Of a stretch of 50,196 nt of DNA, positions 19,193-28,878 are shown piece by piece; the first letter of the stretch is position 1, and each line of letters opens with the position of its first letter. The notes below the pieces were generated by a model. That model did no database searches and had not been told where the DNA came from. It saw only the letters and a list, made by a program, of their open reading frames with translations. Location of the stretch: the NCBI GenBank assembly GCA_964243385.1, contig CAXTFU010000001.1, positions 6,312-56,507 of the forward strand. The letters are read 5' to 3'. The position numbers and the translations under genes are program-made. The stretch comes from an uncultured bacterium. GTDB lineage: Bacteria; Actinomycetota; Actinomycetes; Mycobacteriales; SCTD01.

Positions 19193-19319
19193 CGATCTGC
19201 AACCCTGGTGCACACGTCCTGATCGCGACCCGACCGGGGACCGGCGGGCTCGTGCGGTGCTTCGGCAGGGCGACGATCACGATGTGTGCAGCGCGGCCGG
19301 GCGGGGCCGCTGCACGGAA

Positions 19320-19369
19320 GCCTCAGCGGGCGGCGGACGCCTCAGCGGGCGGGGGACGCCTCAGCGGGC
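19320..19369. repeat. 2.6 tandem copies of a 19-bp unit (GCCTCAGCGGGCGGSGGAC)
   Basis: gcctcagcgggcggcggac gcctcagcgggcgggggac gcctcagcgggc, read directly. Confidence 0.85.
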
Positions 19370-19512
19370 TTGCGACGAGTGCATGATCGGCAGGCCGCCC
19401 GCCGATGCTTCACGCAGCGCTCGCCCGAGGGCGCCTGACGCTCCGCGCGCGTGCCACGAGTGCAGGAGCGGGCGAGACACGGTCCCGCACGAGCGGGTGC
19501 GGTGCGGCTGCG

Positions 19513-21318
19513 TCAGGCCAGGTCCGGTCGGGCCTGCTCGGGCTCGCCGGCGGTGGGTGCAGCCGTCTCGCGCCAGCGCGACGTGATGGGCAGGCGCCGG
19601 TCGCGGCCGAACGCGCGGCCGGTGACCTTGGGCCCGGGCGGCGACTGCCGGCGCTTGTGCTCGGCGGCGTCGACGAGCGCGATGACCCGGTCGACGACCT
19701 GCTCGTCGAAGCCGTCCTGCAGCAGCTCGGCCCGGCCGCGGTCGCGCTCGACGTAGGCGTCGAGCAGCGGGTCGAGCACGTCGTAGGGCGGCAGCCGGTC
19801 GCTGTCGAGCTGGCCCGGCGCGAGCTCGGCCGACGGCGGCTTCTCGATGCTGTTCTCGGGGATCGGCGGCGTCTCGCCCCGCTCGGCCGCGACGCGGTTG
19901 CGCCAGCGGGCGAGCGCCCAGACGAGCGTCTTCGGCACGTCCTTGATCGGCGCGAAGCCGCCGGCGCTGTCGCCGTAGAGCGTCGAGAAGCCGGTGGCGG
20001 CCTCGCTCTTGTTGCCGGTCGTCAGCACGAGGTGGCCGTGCTCGTTCGACAGCGCCATGAGGGTCGTCCCGCGCACGCGCGCCTGCAGGTTCTCGACCGA
20101 CAGGCCGGTCAGCTCCACCGACGCCCGCCAGGCGTCGACCATCGGGGCAATCGCCACCACCGACCAGGACAGCCCCTGGCGCTTCGCCAGGTCCTCGGCG
20201 TCGGTCACCGAGTGGTCCGACGACCACTCGCTCGGCATCCCGACGACGTGCACGCGGTCGGGGCCGAGGGCGTCGCAGGCGATCGTCGCGACGAGCGCCG
20301 AGTCGATGCCGCCGGACAGCCCGAGCACCACCGAGCGGAAGCGGTTCTTCTCGACGTAGTCGCGCACGGCGGTGACGAGCGCGCCCCAGACCTCGGCCTC
20401 GTCGTCGAGGCGCACGGCCAGGCCCGGGACGACCGGCTCGTACGGCGCCAGCGGCTCGTCCGACAGCACGACCCGCTCGACGCTCATCGTCGTGCCGTCG
20501 CCCGCGTCGACCGGACCGGTGTCGTCGCCGGTGGCCGCCGCGAGGTCGAGGTCGACGACCATGAGGCCCTGCTCCCAGACCGGCGCCCGTGCGACGACCT
20601 CGCCGGCGGCGTCGACGACGAGGGAGTCGCCGTCGAACACCAGCTCGTCCTGGCCGCCGACGCAGTTCACGTAGACGAGCGGCGCGCCCGCCTCGGCGGC
20701 CCGCCGGGCGGCCAGCGGGCCCCGCAGGTCGTCCTTGCCGCGCTCGTAGGGCGAGCCGTTGATGCAGACGACGAGCCCCGCCCCCGCGGATCGGGCGACG
20801 CGGACCGGGCCGCCCTCCTGCCACAGGTCCTCGCAGACGACGGTCGTGACGTCGACGCCGTGCAGGCGGACCACGGGCAGCCGGTCGCCGCGCACGAAGT
20901 AGCGGAACTCGTCGAAGACGCCGTAGTTCGGCAGGTGGTGCTTGGCGTACCGCGACACCACCCGTCCGCCGTGCAGGACCGCGGCGCTGTTCTGCGGCTC
21001 GCCCGCCGGGCGGCCGAGGGCGGGGGAGGGCGTCTCGCTGCGGCCGCAGTAGCCGACGACGACGGCGACGTCGCCGGCGCCCTCGTCCGCCAGGCGCTGG
21101 GCCAGCTGCTCGAGCGCGTCGAGGCTCGCCTGGACGAACGAGCGGCGCAGCACGAGGTCCTCGGCCGGGTAGCCGGTCAGGACCATCTCGGGGAACGCGA
21201 CGAGGTGGCAGCCGGCGGCGACCGCCTCGGCCGTCCAGCGGCTGACGAGGTCGGCGTTGCCGGTCAGGTCGCCGACTGTCGGGTCGATCTGCGCCAGTCC
21301 GACGCGAAGCTGCGGCAT
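19513..21318 (-). CDS. nadE: Glutamine-dependent NAD+ synthetase (CN-hydrolase domain plus NAD synthase domain)
   Basis: 601 aa. N-terminal nitrilase-type domain (LVAFPEMVLTGYP, VCEDLW, NGSPY) and a C-terminal ATP-PPase domain with the LGLSGGIDSALVA P-loop and TGNKSE. Confidence 0.93.
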   Translation of the reverse strand: MPQLRVGLAQIDPTVGDLTGNADLVSRWTAEAVAAGCHLVAFPEMVLTGYPAEDLVLRRSFVQASLDALEQLAQRLADEGAGDVAVVVGYCGRSETPSPALGRPAGEPQNSAAVLHGGRVVSRYAKHHLPNYGVFDEFRYFVRGDRLPVVRLHGVDVTTVVCEDLWQEGGPVRVARSAGAGLVVCINGSPYERGKDDLRGPLAARRAAEAGAPLVYVNCVGGQDELVFDGDSLVVDAAGEVVARAPVWEQGLMVVDLDLAAATGDDTGPVDAGDGTTMSVERVVLSDEPLAPYEPVVPGLAVRLDDEAEVWGALVTAVRDYVEKNRFRSVVLGLSGGIDSALVATIACDALGPDRVHVVGMPSEWSSDHSVTDAEDLAKRQGLSWSVVAIAPMVDAWRASVELTGLSVENLQARVRGTTLMALSNEHGHLVLTTGNKSEAATGFSTLYGDSAGGFAPIKDVPKTLVWALARWRNRVAAERGETPPIPENSIEKPPSAELAPGQLDSDRLPPYDVLDPLLDAYVERDRGRAELLQDGFDEQVVDRVIALVDAAEHKRRQSPPGPKVTGRAFGRDRRLPITSRWRETAAPTAGEPEQARPDLA

Positions 21319-21324
21319 GGCTCG

Positions 21325-21330
21325 AATCTA
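21325..21330 (-). promoter_or_regulatory. Candidate -10 hexamer TAGATT 6 nt upstream of the nadE ATG (implies a leaderless mRNA)
   Basis: The minus strand reads cggaacgTAGATTcgagccATG. It fits the actinobacterial TANNNT -10 consensus, and no Shine-Dalgarno lies between the hexamer and the ATG. Confidence 0.3.
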
Positions 21331-21428
21331 CGTTCCGGCACGGGAGCCGGCGCGCAGCCGCGGCGCGGGGTCCGTCCACGGCGCCGCGCCGAGCGGCGCT
21401 CCGTCCGTCCACATCGACGAGCCGCGGC

Positions 21429-21641
21429 GCATGTCTGTCCGCAGCGACGTCCGCAGGCGCTCGGGACGTCGGTGCGGGCAGACAAGCGCGAGGGTTGCTG
21501 CATGTCTGTCCGTACCGACGTCCGCAGGCGCTCGGGACGTCGGTGCGGGCAGACAAGCGCGAGGGTTGCAGCCTGTCTGCCCGCAGCGACGTCCGCCGGC
21601 GCTCAGGACGTCGGTGCGGGCAGACAAGCCGCGAAGGTGGC
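21429..21641. repeat. Three tandem copies of a 71-bp unit, each folding into a 21-bp-stem hairpin
   Basis: Period 71 (atgtctgtcc at 21431 and 21502; cctgtctgcc at 21573). In copy 1 the arm tgtctgtccgcagcgacgtcc (21432-21452) pairs with ggacgtcggtgcgggcagaca (21464-21484), with 1 G-T wobble, 1 mismatch and an 11-nt loop. Confidence 0.9.
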
Positions 21642-21720
21642 TCCCGGCGGCAGCCTGGAGGTCGCCCGCCCGGCACGGGGTGATCGGACGAGTCCCGCAC
21701 CCGCGCTGCCGGGACCTGGA

Positions 21721-22587
21721 CTACTGCCCTGCGGCGGTGAGGGCCTCGTACTCGTCGTCGGTGAGCTCGACGAGGGCGGCGGCGCAGTTCTCCTCGAGGT
21801 GCGCGACCGAGCCGGTGCCGGGGATCGGGAGCATCACCGGCGAGCGGCGCAGCAGCCAGGCCAGCGCGAGCTGGGCGTGCGTGGCCTCGTGCGCGGACGC
21901 GATCTCGTCCAGCAGGCCGCCCGGACGGGCCAGCTCGCCGGCCGCGACCGGGAACCACGGGATGAAGCCGATGCCTTCGGCCTCGCAGTAGTCGAGGACG
22001 GCCTCGGACTGCCGGTTGCCGAGGTTGTAGAGGTTCTGCACGCTGACGACCTCGATGATCTCGCGGGCCGCCTTGACGTCGTCGACGGACACCTCGGACA
22101 GGCCCAGGTGGCGGATCTTGCCCTCGTCCTGCAGGTCCTTCATGACGCCGAACTGGTCGGCGGCCGGGACCTCGGGGTCGATGCGGTGCAGCTGCCACAG
22201 GTCGAGGCGCTCGACGCCGAGGCGGCGCAGCGACATCTCGACGCCCTGGCGCAGGAAGTCCGGGCGGCCGCAGACCGGCCAGACCTCGGGGCCGGTGCGC
22301 AGCAGGCCGCCCTTGGTGGCGACGACGACGCCCTCGTACGGGTGCAGCGCCTTGCGGATGAGCTCCTCGGAGACGTACGGGCCGTAGCTCTCGGCCGTGT
22401 CGATGAAGTCGACGCCGAGCTCGACGGCGCGGCGCAGGACCGCGAGCGCGGTGTCCTCGTCGGCCGGAGGTCCCCAGATGCCGGGGCCGGTGATGCGCAT
22501 GGCGCCGTAGCCGAGCCGGCGGACGGGCAGGTCGCCGCCGAGGGAGAAGGTGCCGCTGGCCGCGACGGGCGAGGTGGTGCTGGTCAT
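21721..22587 (-). CDS. Aldo/keto reductase (288 aa)
   Basis: [41 protein letters not shown] and [14 protein letters not shown] are AKR family blocks. The ATG is preceded by GGAGGA. Confidence 0.88.
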   Translation of the reverse strand: MTSTTSPVAASGTFSLGGDLPVRRLGYGAMRITGPGIWGPPADEDTALAVLRRAVELGVDFIDTAESYGPYVSEELIRKALHPYEGVVVATKGGLLRTGPEVWPVCGRPDFLRQGVEMSLRRLGVERLDLWQLHRIDPEVPAADQFGVMKDLQDEGKIRHLGLSEVSVDDVKAAREIIEVVSVQNLYNLGNRQSEAVLDYCEAEGIGFIPWFPVAAGELARPGGLLDEIASAHEATHAQLALAWLLRRSPVMLPIPGTGSVAHLEENCAAALVELTDDEYEALTAAGQ

Positions 22588-22824
22588 GCGTCCTCCAGAG
22601 GTCACGGGTAGGTGCTCCGTGCGGCAACCCGGCGGTGTCCGTGCCTCTTCCCCGGCCGCGACCGACGGTTCTGGCGTCCGTGACCGGGCAGGTGAGGTCA
22701 GTCGGTGGCACGGCCGGGGCGTCACGTCCCGTGCCGAGCCGGGTCCGACGCACGCACCGCCCCTGGCCGACCACCCCGCCGACACGCGGGCCAGGCCGGC
22801 CCGACGATCCAGGAGCCGCCCGTC

Positions 22825-23820
22825 ATGAGCACCTCTTCGACCGCCCTGTCCCGAGGCCTCGGACTGGCCAGCCTCGCCCTCGGCGTCCCGCAGGTCGCCG
22901 CCCCGGACCGCTTCGCCCAGGCGATCGGCGCGTCCGGTCGCGGCGACGCCCGGGACGCCACCGTCGCGGTGGGCCTGCGCGAGCTGACCGTCGGCCTCGG
23001 CCTGCTCGGGCGCCGCAGGTCGACGCCGGTCTACCTGTGGGCCCGGGTCGCCGGTGACGTCATGGACCTCGTCCTGCTCGGCCGCACCCTGCGGTCGTCC
23101 GGCCGCGGCAACCCGCGCACCGCTGCCGCGACCGCCGCGACGCTCGGGCTGACCGCCGTCGACCTGCATGCCGCCCGTCGCGCCGGCCGCGCCCAGACGG
23201 CCCAGGGCGCACCGACGGCCGAGGGCGCACCCACGGCCCAGGACGCTCAGACCGGGAAGGACGCTCGGGCTGGGAAGGGTCGCGGCGCGAGCTCGTCGGC
23301 GCTCGAGCTCACGGCGGCGATCACCGTCGGCAAGCCGCCGCAGGAGGTGTACGACTTCTGGCGCGGCCTCGAGCGGCTGCCGACCTTCATGCACCACCTG
23401 CAGTCGGTCGAGTGGACCGGCGAGGGACGCACCCGCTGGACGGCGAACGCGCCGGTGAAGAAGCAGGTCACCTGGGACGCCGAGCTCGTCGACGACGTCC
23501 CCGGCGAGGTCATCGCCTGGCGCTCGCTGCCGGGTGCCGACATCGCCAACGAGGGCAGCGTCCGCTTCACGCCGGCGCCGGGCGACCGGGGCACCGAGGT
23601 CCGCGTCCGGCTGCGTTACGACCTGCCCGGCGGACGGGCGGGCGCCCTGGTCGCCCGCGTGCTGGGGGAGGAGCCCCACCAGCAGGTCGAGGACGACCTG
23701 CGCCGCTTCAAGCAGGTGCTCGAGACCGGCGAGGTCGTCCGCTCCGAGGGCACCCCCGAGGGGTCGAGCGCGCGTCGCCACCTGTTCCAGCACCCGGCCC
23801 AGCCCCTGGCCTCCTCGTGA
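22825..23820 (+). CDS. SRPBCC (cyclase/dehydrase, START-like) domain protein with a hydrophobic N-terminal region and a low-complexity linker
   Basis: C-terminal [32 protein letters not shown]...WTANAPV...[19 protein letters not shown]...[23 protein letters not shown]. The linker [27 protein letters not shown] is encoded by degenerate 18-bp repeats (about 23200-23289). The ATG follows AGGAG. Confidence 0.7.
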   Translation: MSTSSTALSRGLGLASLALGVPQVAAPDRFAQAIGASGRGDARDATVAVGLRELTVGLGLLGRRRSTPVYLWARVAGDVMDLVLLGRTLRSSGRGNPRTAAATAATLGLTAVDLHAARRAGRAQTAQGAPTAEGAPTAQDAQTGKDARAGKGRGASSSALELTAAITVGKPPQEVYDFWRGLERLPTFMHHLQSVEWTGEGRTRWTANAPVKKQVTWDAELVDDVPGEVIAWRSLPGADIANEGSVRFTPAPGDRGTEVRVRLRYDLPGGRAGALVARVLGEEPHQQVEDDLRRFKQVLETGEVVRSEGTPEGSSARRHLFQHPAQPLASS

Positions 23821-23863
23821 GGCTCCGACCGCAGTCCGCCCGCTCGACGACAGGAGACACTCC

Positions 23864-25042
23864 GTGAAGGCCACCTGCTGGATGGGACGCAACACCGTCG
23901 AGGTGACCGAGGTCCCCGACCCGACGATCCTCAGCGACCGCGACGCGATCATCAAGGTCACGTCGACGGCGATCTGCGGCTCCGACCTGCACCTGTACGA
24001 CGGCTACGTCCCCGAGATGAAGCGCGGCGACATCATGGGCCACGAGTTCATGGGCGAGGTCGTCGAGACCGGCAAGGGCGTGCGTTCGAGCGACCTGAAG
24101 GTCGGCGACCGGGTCGTCGTGCCGTTCCCCATCGCCTGCGGCGCCTGCAGCCAGTGCCGCGCCGGCATGACGAGCATCTGCGAGAACAGCAACCCCAACG
24201 CCGGGATCGCCGAGAAGCTCTGGGGGCACGCGACGTCGGGCATCTTCGGCTACTCGCACCTCACCGGCGGCTACGCCGGCGGGCAGGCCGAGTTCGTGCG
24301 CGTGCCGTTCGCCGACGTCGGCCCGATGAAGGTGCCGAGCTCCCTCACCGACGACCAGGTGCTGTTCCTCACCGACATCTTCCCGACCGGCTACATGGGC
24401 GCCGAGCTGTGCGACATCAGCGAGGGCGACGTCATCGCGGTCTGGGGCGCCGGACCGGTCGGGCAGTTCGCGGCCGCCAGCGCCTTCCTGCTCGGCGCGC
24501 ACCGGGTGATCGTGATCGACCGGTACGACTACCGGCTCGACATCGTCCGGGCGAACACCCGCGCCGAGACGCTGAACTACGAGCAGGTCGACGTGCGCGA
24601 CGCCCTCGCGGAGATGACGGCCGGACGCGGTCCGGACGCGGTCATCGACGCCGTCGGGCTCGAGGCGCACCACGACAACGCGCTGCTGCACTCCTACGAC
24701 CGGGTGAAGCAGGCCGCGCGGCTCGAGACCGAGCGCGGGCACGCGCTGCGCCAGGCGATCCTGGCGTGCCGCAGCGGCGGCATCGTGTCGCTCGTCGGCG
24801 TCTACGGCGGGTTCATGGACAAGTTCCCGATCGGCTCGCTCATGAACCGGTCGCTCACGCTGCGCGGCGGGCAGACGCACGTGCACCGCTACCAGCACCA
24901 GCTGCTCGAGCGCATCGAGCAGGGCCAGATCGACCCGAGCTTCATCATCACGCACAAGGCGAAGCTCGCCGACGCCCCGGCCATGTACGAGACGTTCAAG
25001 CACAAGCAGGACGACTGCCTGAAGGTCGTCCTGACGCCCTGA
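23864..25042 (+). CDS. Zinc-dependent alcohol dehydrogenase family (glutathione-independent formaldehyde dehydrogenase-like)
   Basis: [21 protein letters not shown] (Zn signature), [10 protein letters not shown] (structural Zn) and VWGAGPVG (Rossmann). The GTG is preceded by AGGAGA. Confidence 0.88.
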   Translation: MKATCWMGRNTVEVTEVPDPTILSDRDAIIKVTSTAICGSDLHLYDGYVPEMKRGDIMGHEFMGEVVETGKGVRSSDLKVGDRVVVPFPIACGACSQCRAGMTSICENSNPNAGIAEKLWGHATSGIFGYSHLTGGYAGGQAEFVRVPFADVGPMKVPSSLTDDQVLFLTDIFPTGYMGAELCDISEGDVIAVWGAGPVGQFAAASAFLLGAHRVIVIDRYDYRLDIVRANTRAETLNYEQVDVRDALAEMTAGRGPDAVIDAVGLEAHHDNALLHSYDRVKQAARLETERGHALRQAILACRSGGIVSLVGVYGGFMDKFPIGSLMNRSLTLRGGQTHVHRYQHQLLERIEQGQIDPSFIITHKAKLADAPAMYETFKHKQDDCLKVVLTP

Positions 25043-25154
25043 GGCTGGGCCGGACGGGAGGTCCAGCCACCGGACGGGGCCGACGCGCTCCGGACCCGCG
25101 GGTCCGGAGCGCGTCGGCCCCGTCCGGTGGCTGGACCTCCCGTCCGGCCCAGCC
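25043..25154. other. Palindrome axis: a 112-nt perfect hairpin-forming segment between the two ADH stop codons; may include a native terminator-like stem
   Basis: Axis at 25098|25099, 56 nt after the ADH TGA. Within one arm there is also a local stem ggctgg(25043-48)/ccagcc(25063-68) and a triple CCGGAC motif. Confidence 0.9.
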
Positions 25155-26333
25155 TCAGGGCGTCAGGACGACCTTCAGGCAGTCGTCCTGCTTGTGCTTG
25201 AACGTCTCGTACATGGCCGGGGCGTCGGCGAGCTTCGCCTTGTGCGTGATGATGAAGCTCGGGTCGATCTGGCCCTGCTCGATGCGCTCGAGCAGCTGGT
25301 GCTGGTAGCGGTGCACGTGCGTCTGCCCGCCGCGCAGCGTGAGCGACCGGTTCATGAGCGAGCCGATCGGGAACTTGTCCATGAACCCGCCGTAGACGCC
25401 GACGAGCGACACGATGCCGCCGCTGCGGCACGCCAGGATCGCCTGGCGCAGCGCGTGCCCGCGCTCGGTCTCGAGCCGCGCGGCCTGCTTCACCCGGTCG
25501 TAGGAGTGCAGCAGCGCGTTGTCGTGGTGCGCCTCGAGCCCGACGGCGTCGATGACCGCGTCCGGACCGCGTCCGGCCGTCATCTCCGCGAGGGCGTCGC
25601 GCACGTCGACCTGCTCGTAGTTCAGCGTCTCGGCGCGGGTGTTCGCCCGGACGATGTCGAGCCGGTAGTCGTACCGGTCGATCACGATCACCCGGTGCGC
25701 GCCGAGCAGGAAGGCGCTGGCGGCCGCGAACTGCCCGACCGGTCCGGCGCCCCAGACCGCGATGACGTCGCCCTCGCTGATGTCGCACAGCTCGGCGCCC
25801 ATGTAGCCGGTCGGGAAGATGTCGGTGAGGAACAGCACCTGGTCGTCGGTGAGGGAGCTCGGCACCTTCATCGGGCCGACGTCGGCGAACGGCACGCGCA
25901 CGAACTCGGCCTGCCCGCCGGCGTAGCCGCCGGTGAGGTGCGAGTAGCCGAAGATGCCCGACGTCGCGTGCCCCCAGAGCTTCTCGGCGATCCCGGCGTT
26001 GGGGTTGCTGTTCTCGCAGATGCTCGTCATGCCGGCGCGGCACTGGCTGCAGGCGCCGCAGGCGATGGGGAACGGCACGACGACCCGGTCGCCGACCTTC
26101 AGGTCGCTCGAACGCACGCCCTTGCCGGTCTCGACGACCTCGCCCATGAACTCGTGGCCCATGATGTCGCCGCGCTTCATCTCGGGGACGTAGCCGTCGT
26201 ACAGGTGCAGGTCGGAGCCGCAGATCGCCGTCGACGTGACCTTGATGATCGCGTCGCGGTCGCTGAGGATCGTCGGGTCGGGGACCTCGGTCACCTCGAC
26301 GGTGTTGCGTCCCATCCAGCAGGTGGCCTTCAC
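25155..26333 (-). CDS. Zinc-dependent alcohol dehydrogenase (mirror copy)
   Basis: Exact reverse-complement twin of 23864-25042 (+); identical translation in the ORF track. Confidence 0.88.
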   Translation of the reverse strand: MKATCWMGRNTVEVTEVPDPTILSDRDAIIKVTSTAICGSDLHLYDGYVPEMKRGDIMGHEFMGEVVETGKGVRSSDLKVGDRVVVPFPIACGACSQCRAGMTSICENSNPNAGIAEKLWGHATSGIFGYSHLTGGYAGGQAEFVRVPFADVGPMKVPSSLTDDQVLFLTDIFPTGYMGAELCDISEGDVIAVWGAGPVGQFAAASAFLLGAHRVIVIDRYDYRLDIVRANTRAETLNYEQVDVRDALAEMTAGRGPDAVIDAVGLEAHHDNALLHSYDRVKQAARLETERGHALRQAILACRSGGIVSLVGVYGGFMDKFPIGSLMNRSLTLRGGQTHVHRYQHQLLERIEQGQIDPSFIITHKAKLADAPAMYETFKHKQDDCLKVVLTP

Positions 26334-26376
26334 GGAGTGTCTCCTGTCGTCGAGCGGGCGGACTGCGGTCGGAGCC

Positions 26377-27372
26377 TCACGAGGAGGCCAGGGGCTGGGC
26401 CGGGTGCTGGAACAGGTGGCGACGCGCGCTCGACCCCTCGGGGGTGCCCTCGGAGCGGACGACCTCGCCGGTCTCGAGCACCTGCTTGAAGCGGCGCAGG
26501 TCGTCCTCGACCTGCTGGTGGGGCTCCTCCCCCAGCACGCGGGCGACCAGGGCGCCCGCCCGTCCGCCGGGCAGGTCGTAACGCAGCCGGACGCGGACCT
26601 CGGTGCCCCGGTCGCCCGGCGCCGGCGTGAAGCGGACGCTGCCCTCGTTGGCGATGTCGGCACCCGGCAGCGAGCGCCAGGCGATGACCTCGCCGGGGAC
26701 GTCGTCGACGAGCTCGGCGTCCCAGGTGACCTGCTTCTTCACCGGCGCGTTCGCCGTCCAGCGGGTGCGTCCCTCGCCGGTCCACTCGACCGACTGCAGG
26801 TGGTGCATGAAGGTCGGCAGCCGCTCGAGGCCGCGCCAGAAGTCGTACACCTCCTGCGGCGGCTTGCCGACGGTGATCGCCGCCGTGAGCTCGAGCGCCG
26901 ACGAGCTCGCGCCGCGACCCTTCCCAGCCCGAGCGTCCTTCCCGGTCTGAGCGTCCTGGGCCGTGGGTGCGCCCTCGGCCGTCGGTGCGCCCTGGGCCGT
27001 CTGGGCGCGGCCGGCGCGACGGGCGGCATGCAGGTCGACGGCGGTCAGCCCGAGCGTCGCGGCGGTCGCGGCAGCGGTGCGCGGGTTGCCGCGGCCGGAC
27101 GACCGCAGGGTGCGGCCGAGCAGGACGAGGTCCATGACGTCACCGGCGACCCGGGCCCACAGGTAGACCGGCGTCGACCTGCGGCGCCCGAGCAGGCCGA
27201 GGCCGACGGTCAGCTCGCGCAGGCCCACCGCGACGGTGGCGTCCCGGGCGTCGCCGCGACCGGACGCGCCGATCGCCTGGGCGAAGCGGTCCGGGGCGGC
27301 GACCTGCGGGACGCCGAGGGCGAGGCTGGCCAGTCCGAGGCCTCGGGACAGGGCGGTCGAAGAGGTGCTCAT
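26377..27372 (-). CDS. SRPBCC domain protein (mirror copy)
   Basis: Exact reverse-complement twin of 22825-23820 (+). Confidence 0.7.
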   Translation of the reverse strand: MSTSSTALSRGLGLASLALGVPQVAAPDRFAQAIGASGRGDARDATVAVGLRELTVGLGLLGRRRSTPVYLWARVAGDVMDLVLLGRTLRSSGRGNPRTAAATAATLGLTAVDLHAARRAGRAQTAQGAPTAEGAPTAQDAQTGKDARAGKGRGASSSALELTAAITVGKPPQEVYDFWRGLERLPTFMHHLQSVEWTGEGRTRWTANAPVKKQVTWDAELVDDVPGEVIAWRSLPGADIANEGSVRFTPAPGDRGTEVRVRLRYDLPGGRAGALVARVLGEEPHQQVEDDLRRFKQVLETGEVVRSEGTPEGSSARRHLFQHPAQPLASS

Positions 27373-27609
27373 GACGGGCGGCTCCTGGATCGTCGGGCCG
27401 GCCTGGCCCGCGTGTCGGCGGGGTGGTCGGCCAGGGGCGGTGCGTGCGTCGGACCCGGCTCGGCACGGGACGTGACGCCCCGGCCGTGCCACCGACTGAC
27501 CTCACCTGCCCGGTCACGGACGCCAGAACCGTCGGTCGCGGCCGGGGAAGAGGCACGGACACCGCCGGGTTGCCGCACGGAGCACCTACCCGTGACCTCT
27601 GGAGGACGC

Positions 27610-28476
27610 ATGACCAGCACCACCTCGCCCGTCGCGGCCAGCGGCACCTTCTCCCTCGGCGGCGACCTGCCCGTCCGCCGGCTCGGCTACGGCGCCATGC
27701 GCATCACCGGCCCCGGCATCTGGGGACCTCCGGCCGACGAGGACACCGCGCTCGCGGTCCTGCGCCGCGCCGTCGAGCTCGGCGTCGACTTCATCGACAC
27801 GGCCGAGAGCTACGGCCCGTACGTCTCCGAGGAGCTCATCCGCAAGGCGCTGCACCCGTACGAGGGCGTCGTCGTCGCCACCAAGGGCGGCCTGCTGCGC
27901 ACCGGCCCCGAGGTCTGGCCGGTCTGCGGCCGCCCGGACTTCCTGCGCCAGGGCGTCGAGATGTCGCTGCGCCGCCTCGGCGTCGAGCGCCTCGACCTGT
28001 GGCAGCTGCACCGCATCGACCCCGAGGTCCCGGCCGCCGACCAGTTCGGCGTCATGAAGGACCTGCAGGACGAGGGCAAGATCCGCCACCTGGGCCTGTC
28101 CGAGGTGTCCGTCGACGACGTCAAGGCGGCCCGCGAGATCATCGAGGTCGTCAGCGTGCAGAACCTCTACAACCTCGGCAACCGGCAGTCCGAGGCCGTC
28201 CTCGACTACTGCGAGGCCGAAGGCATCGGCTTCATCCCGTGGTTCCCGGTCGCGGCCGGCGAGCTGGCCCGTCCGGGCGGCCTGCTGGACGAGATCGCGT
28301 CCGCGCACGAGGCCACGCACGCCCAGCTCGCGCTGGCCTGGCTGCTGCGCCGCTCGCCGGTGATGCTCCCGATCCCCGGCACCGGCTCGGTCGCGCACCT
28401 CGAGGAGAACTGCGCCGCCGCCCTCGTCGAGCTCACCGACGACGAGTACGAGGCCCTCACCGCCGCAGGGCAGTAG
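27610..28476 (+). CDS. Aldo/keto reductase (mirror copy)
   Basis: Exact reverse-complement twin of 21721-22587 (-). Confidence 0.88.
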   Translation: MTSTTSPVAASGTFSLGGDLPVRRLGYGAMRITGPGIWGPPADEDTALAVLRRAVELGVDFIDTAESYGPYVSEELIRKALHPYEGVVVATKGGLLRTGPEVWPVCGRPDFLRQGVEMSLRRLGVERLDLWQLHRIDPEVPAADQFGVMKDLQDEGKIRHLGLSEVSVDDVKAAREIIEVVSVQNLYNLGNRQSEAVLDYCEAEGIGFIPWFPVAAGELARPGGLLDEIASAHEATHAQLALAWLLRRSPVMLPIPGTGSVAHLEENCAAALVELTDDEYEALTAAGQ

Positions 28477-28555
28477 TCCAGGTCCCGGCAGCGCGGGTGC
28501 GGGACTCGTCCGATCACCCCGTGCCGGGCGGGCGACCTCCAGGCTGCCGCCGGGA

Positions 28556-28768
28556 GCCACCTTCGCGGCTTGTCTGCCCGCACCGACGTCCTGAGCGCCG
28601 GCGGACGTCGCTGCGGGCAGACAGGCTGCAACCCTCGCGCTTGTCTGCCCGCACCGACGTCCCGAGCGCCTGCGGACGTCGGTACGGACAGACATGCAGC
28701 AACCCTCGCGCTTGTCTGCCCGCACCGACGTCCCGAGCGCCTGCGGACGTCGCTGCGGACAGACATGC
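28556..28768. repeat. 3 x 71-bp hairpin tandem repeat (mirror copy)
   Basis: Twin of 21429-21641. Confidence 0.9.
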
Positions 28769-28866
28769 GCCGCGGCTCGTCGATGTGGACGGACGGAGCG
28801 CCGCTCGGCGCGGCGCCGTGGACGGACCCCGCGCCGCGGCTGCGCGCCGGCTCCCGTGCCGGAACG

Positions 28867-28872
28867 TAGATT
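28867..28872 (+). promoter_or_regulatory. Candidate -10 hexamer TAGATT for leaderless nadE (mirror copy)
   Basis: Twin of 21325-21330; reads ggaacgTAGATTcgagccATG on the + strand. Confidence 0.3.
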
Positions 28873-28878
28873 CGAGCC

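Noticed and set aside
18939-19586. Repeat-containing protein (215 aa, TAQPAQPAAAPDGDVSVAEH repeats), with similar ORFs on both strands over the minisatellite.
   Set aside because: The 58-nt period is not divisible by 3, so each successive unit is read in a different frame. Several overlapping ORFs of equal quality exist on both strands, and the GC3 pattern is not gene-like.
19361-22774. 1137-aa (-) and 1068-aa (+, 19405-22611) ORFs spanning nadE, the 71-bp repeats and the aldo/keto reductase.
   Set aside because: They are wrong-frame or antisense read-through across two well-supported genes and a non-coding repeat array. The composition is Arg/Pro/Gly-dominated with no domain signatures.
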